Of a stretch of 64,000 nucleotides of DNA, positions 63,091 through 64,000 are shown piece after piece. The notes beneath the pieces are model-generated. The model searched no databases and was not told the DNA's origin. It was given only the letters and a program-made list of their open reading frames with translations. How positions within the stretch are numbered: position 1 is the first letter of the stretch; every line of letters starts with the position of its first letter. The DNA lies in NCBI GenBank assembly GCA_965645245.1, contig OZ287077.1, positions 1,798,001 to 1,862,000 on the forward strand. Reading direction: 5' to 3'. A program made the translations under genes and the position numbers. The DNA comes from Massalongia carnosa. Lineage: Eukaryota.

Positions 63091-63129
63091 TGGCTTATGT
63101 TCAATGAACTTGGCTTATGTTCAATGAAC
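63091..63129 (+). repeat. Perfect 19-bp tandem duplication (TGGCTTATGTTCAATGAAC x2, 20-bp period)
   Basis: Read directly. Confidence 0.9.
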
Positions 63130-63182
63130 ATACACTATTCAACCCCACATAAGTATAGTAAATTTCTCGCTGCTTAGATGAG

Positions 63183-64000
63183 AAACCCCCCCCCCCGGTG
63201 CCAGCATAAAAAATTTCCCCCCGGCGCCAACATAGGAAATTCCCCCCGGCGCCACATAGAAAATTCCCCCCTTAGTCATCATTTACATCTCGTCACCGCT
63301 TCCAAAACCCCCCCTTCGCCGCCTCATCTTTCAGCTCTTACAAGGCCTCCTCCACCCCCTGTCTTCTGATTGGGCCAGTCAATTTCTCCAGCCAGCCAAG
63401 CCATCTCTCTATTTGAGGATTTCTTTCCTCAGCTGTCCAATCAGCGGTGTGTTCCATAACCTCGTAGAATTTCTCTTTTATAGTGTCTAGAACCTCCCTC
63501 ATCTGCAGCATATGACGATCAGGTTCCTCGATATCTTCGTGACGTTCAATATTCAGTCTAGCCGACGTTTCATACACCTCAAAGCCGCTATCTTCAAACA
63601 TCTCAGCCCAAGCCAACCAATCGGACTCCTGAAACGTCTCGAAAACGATGTGATAATGCCATAGATGCCTGCATGGAAGTTGATATTGTCGATAAAATAA
63701 ACAATCTACAGGAGATGTCAGCTCATCTGGCATTTCACCTGCCGGTGCTTCACCGTCTTTAGCAGCTAGCTTCCATTGATCAACTATAAGCTTTTGTCAG
63801 ATAGATGATGATGGGCGAAGACCTTGCTTGCTACTACAGAAAAGGGAGATGACTATATACAGAGTGACAGGGCTGAGGGCCGAGCTCGCTTAGTAATGGC
63901 CACTTTGACAGCTTTTGCACTGGAAAGGGAAATTTTCGTAGATGAGGGCATTCCTGGCATTCGGCCGTGCTAGTAGTACGAAAGCTAGCTTTTTCAGCGC
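63183..64000 (-). mobile_element. Decayed Mutator-like (MULE) DNA transposon: 3' part of transposase with SWIM-type Zn finger plus terminal/subterminal repeats
   Basis: FPFPVQKLIVDQW (after removing insert)...DCLFYRQYQLPCRHLW (SWIM-like, first Cys lost); probable premature TAA at 63338-63340; C-rich tandem units 63183-63271. Confidence 0.7.
63795..63910. mobile_element. 116-bp solo LTR inserted in the MULE transposase
   Basis: TGTCA...TGACA termini, flanked by 5-bp direct repeat GCTTT (63790-63794, 63911-63915); internal TATATA; excision restores the reading frame. Confidence 0.8.

Overview
Fungal nuclear DNA from a filamentous ascomycete (Pezizomycotina), judged from short GT-AG introns with CTRAY branch sites and the gene content. 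I hand-spliced about 17 protein genes: a UBP6 3' end, an orphan ~817-aa protein, a CsgA-like SDR, a Zn2Cys6 transcription factor in a ~18 kb gene-poor region, a compact DUF2461/TYW3/TRM44/GNA1/RGS block, a hydrophobin-like secreted protein, MTC5/WDR59, UBC13, a large orphan with a Cys-rich C-terminus, RPL24, a CFEM-like surface protein, a Gre2-like reductase and an AIF/AMID-like oxidoreductase. The right end holds a decayed Mutator (MULE) transposase interrupted by a 116-bp solo LTR. Main observations: (1) recurring islands in which base composition flips from C-rich to G-rich regardless of gene strand, visible even at synonymous sites; (2) an intron that could switch the CFEM-like protein between GPI-like and transmembrane anchoring; (3) an atypical hydrophobin-like Cys pattern that appears only after splicing; (4) the nested solo LTR; (5) a transition-mutated 18S rRNA relic; (6) DUF2461 head-to-head with a tRNA-modification gene. 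All family calls come from motif recognition by eye. No database search was run, and no new biological system is proven.
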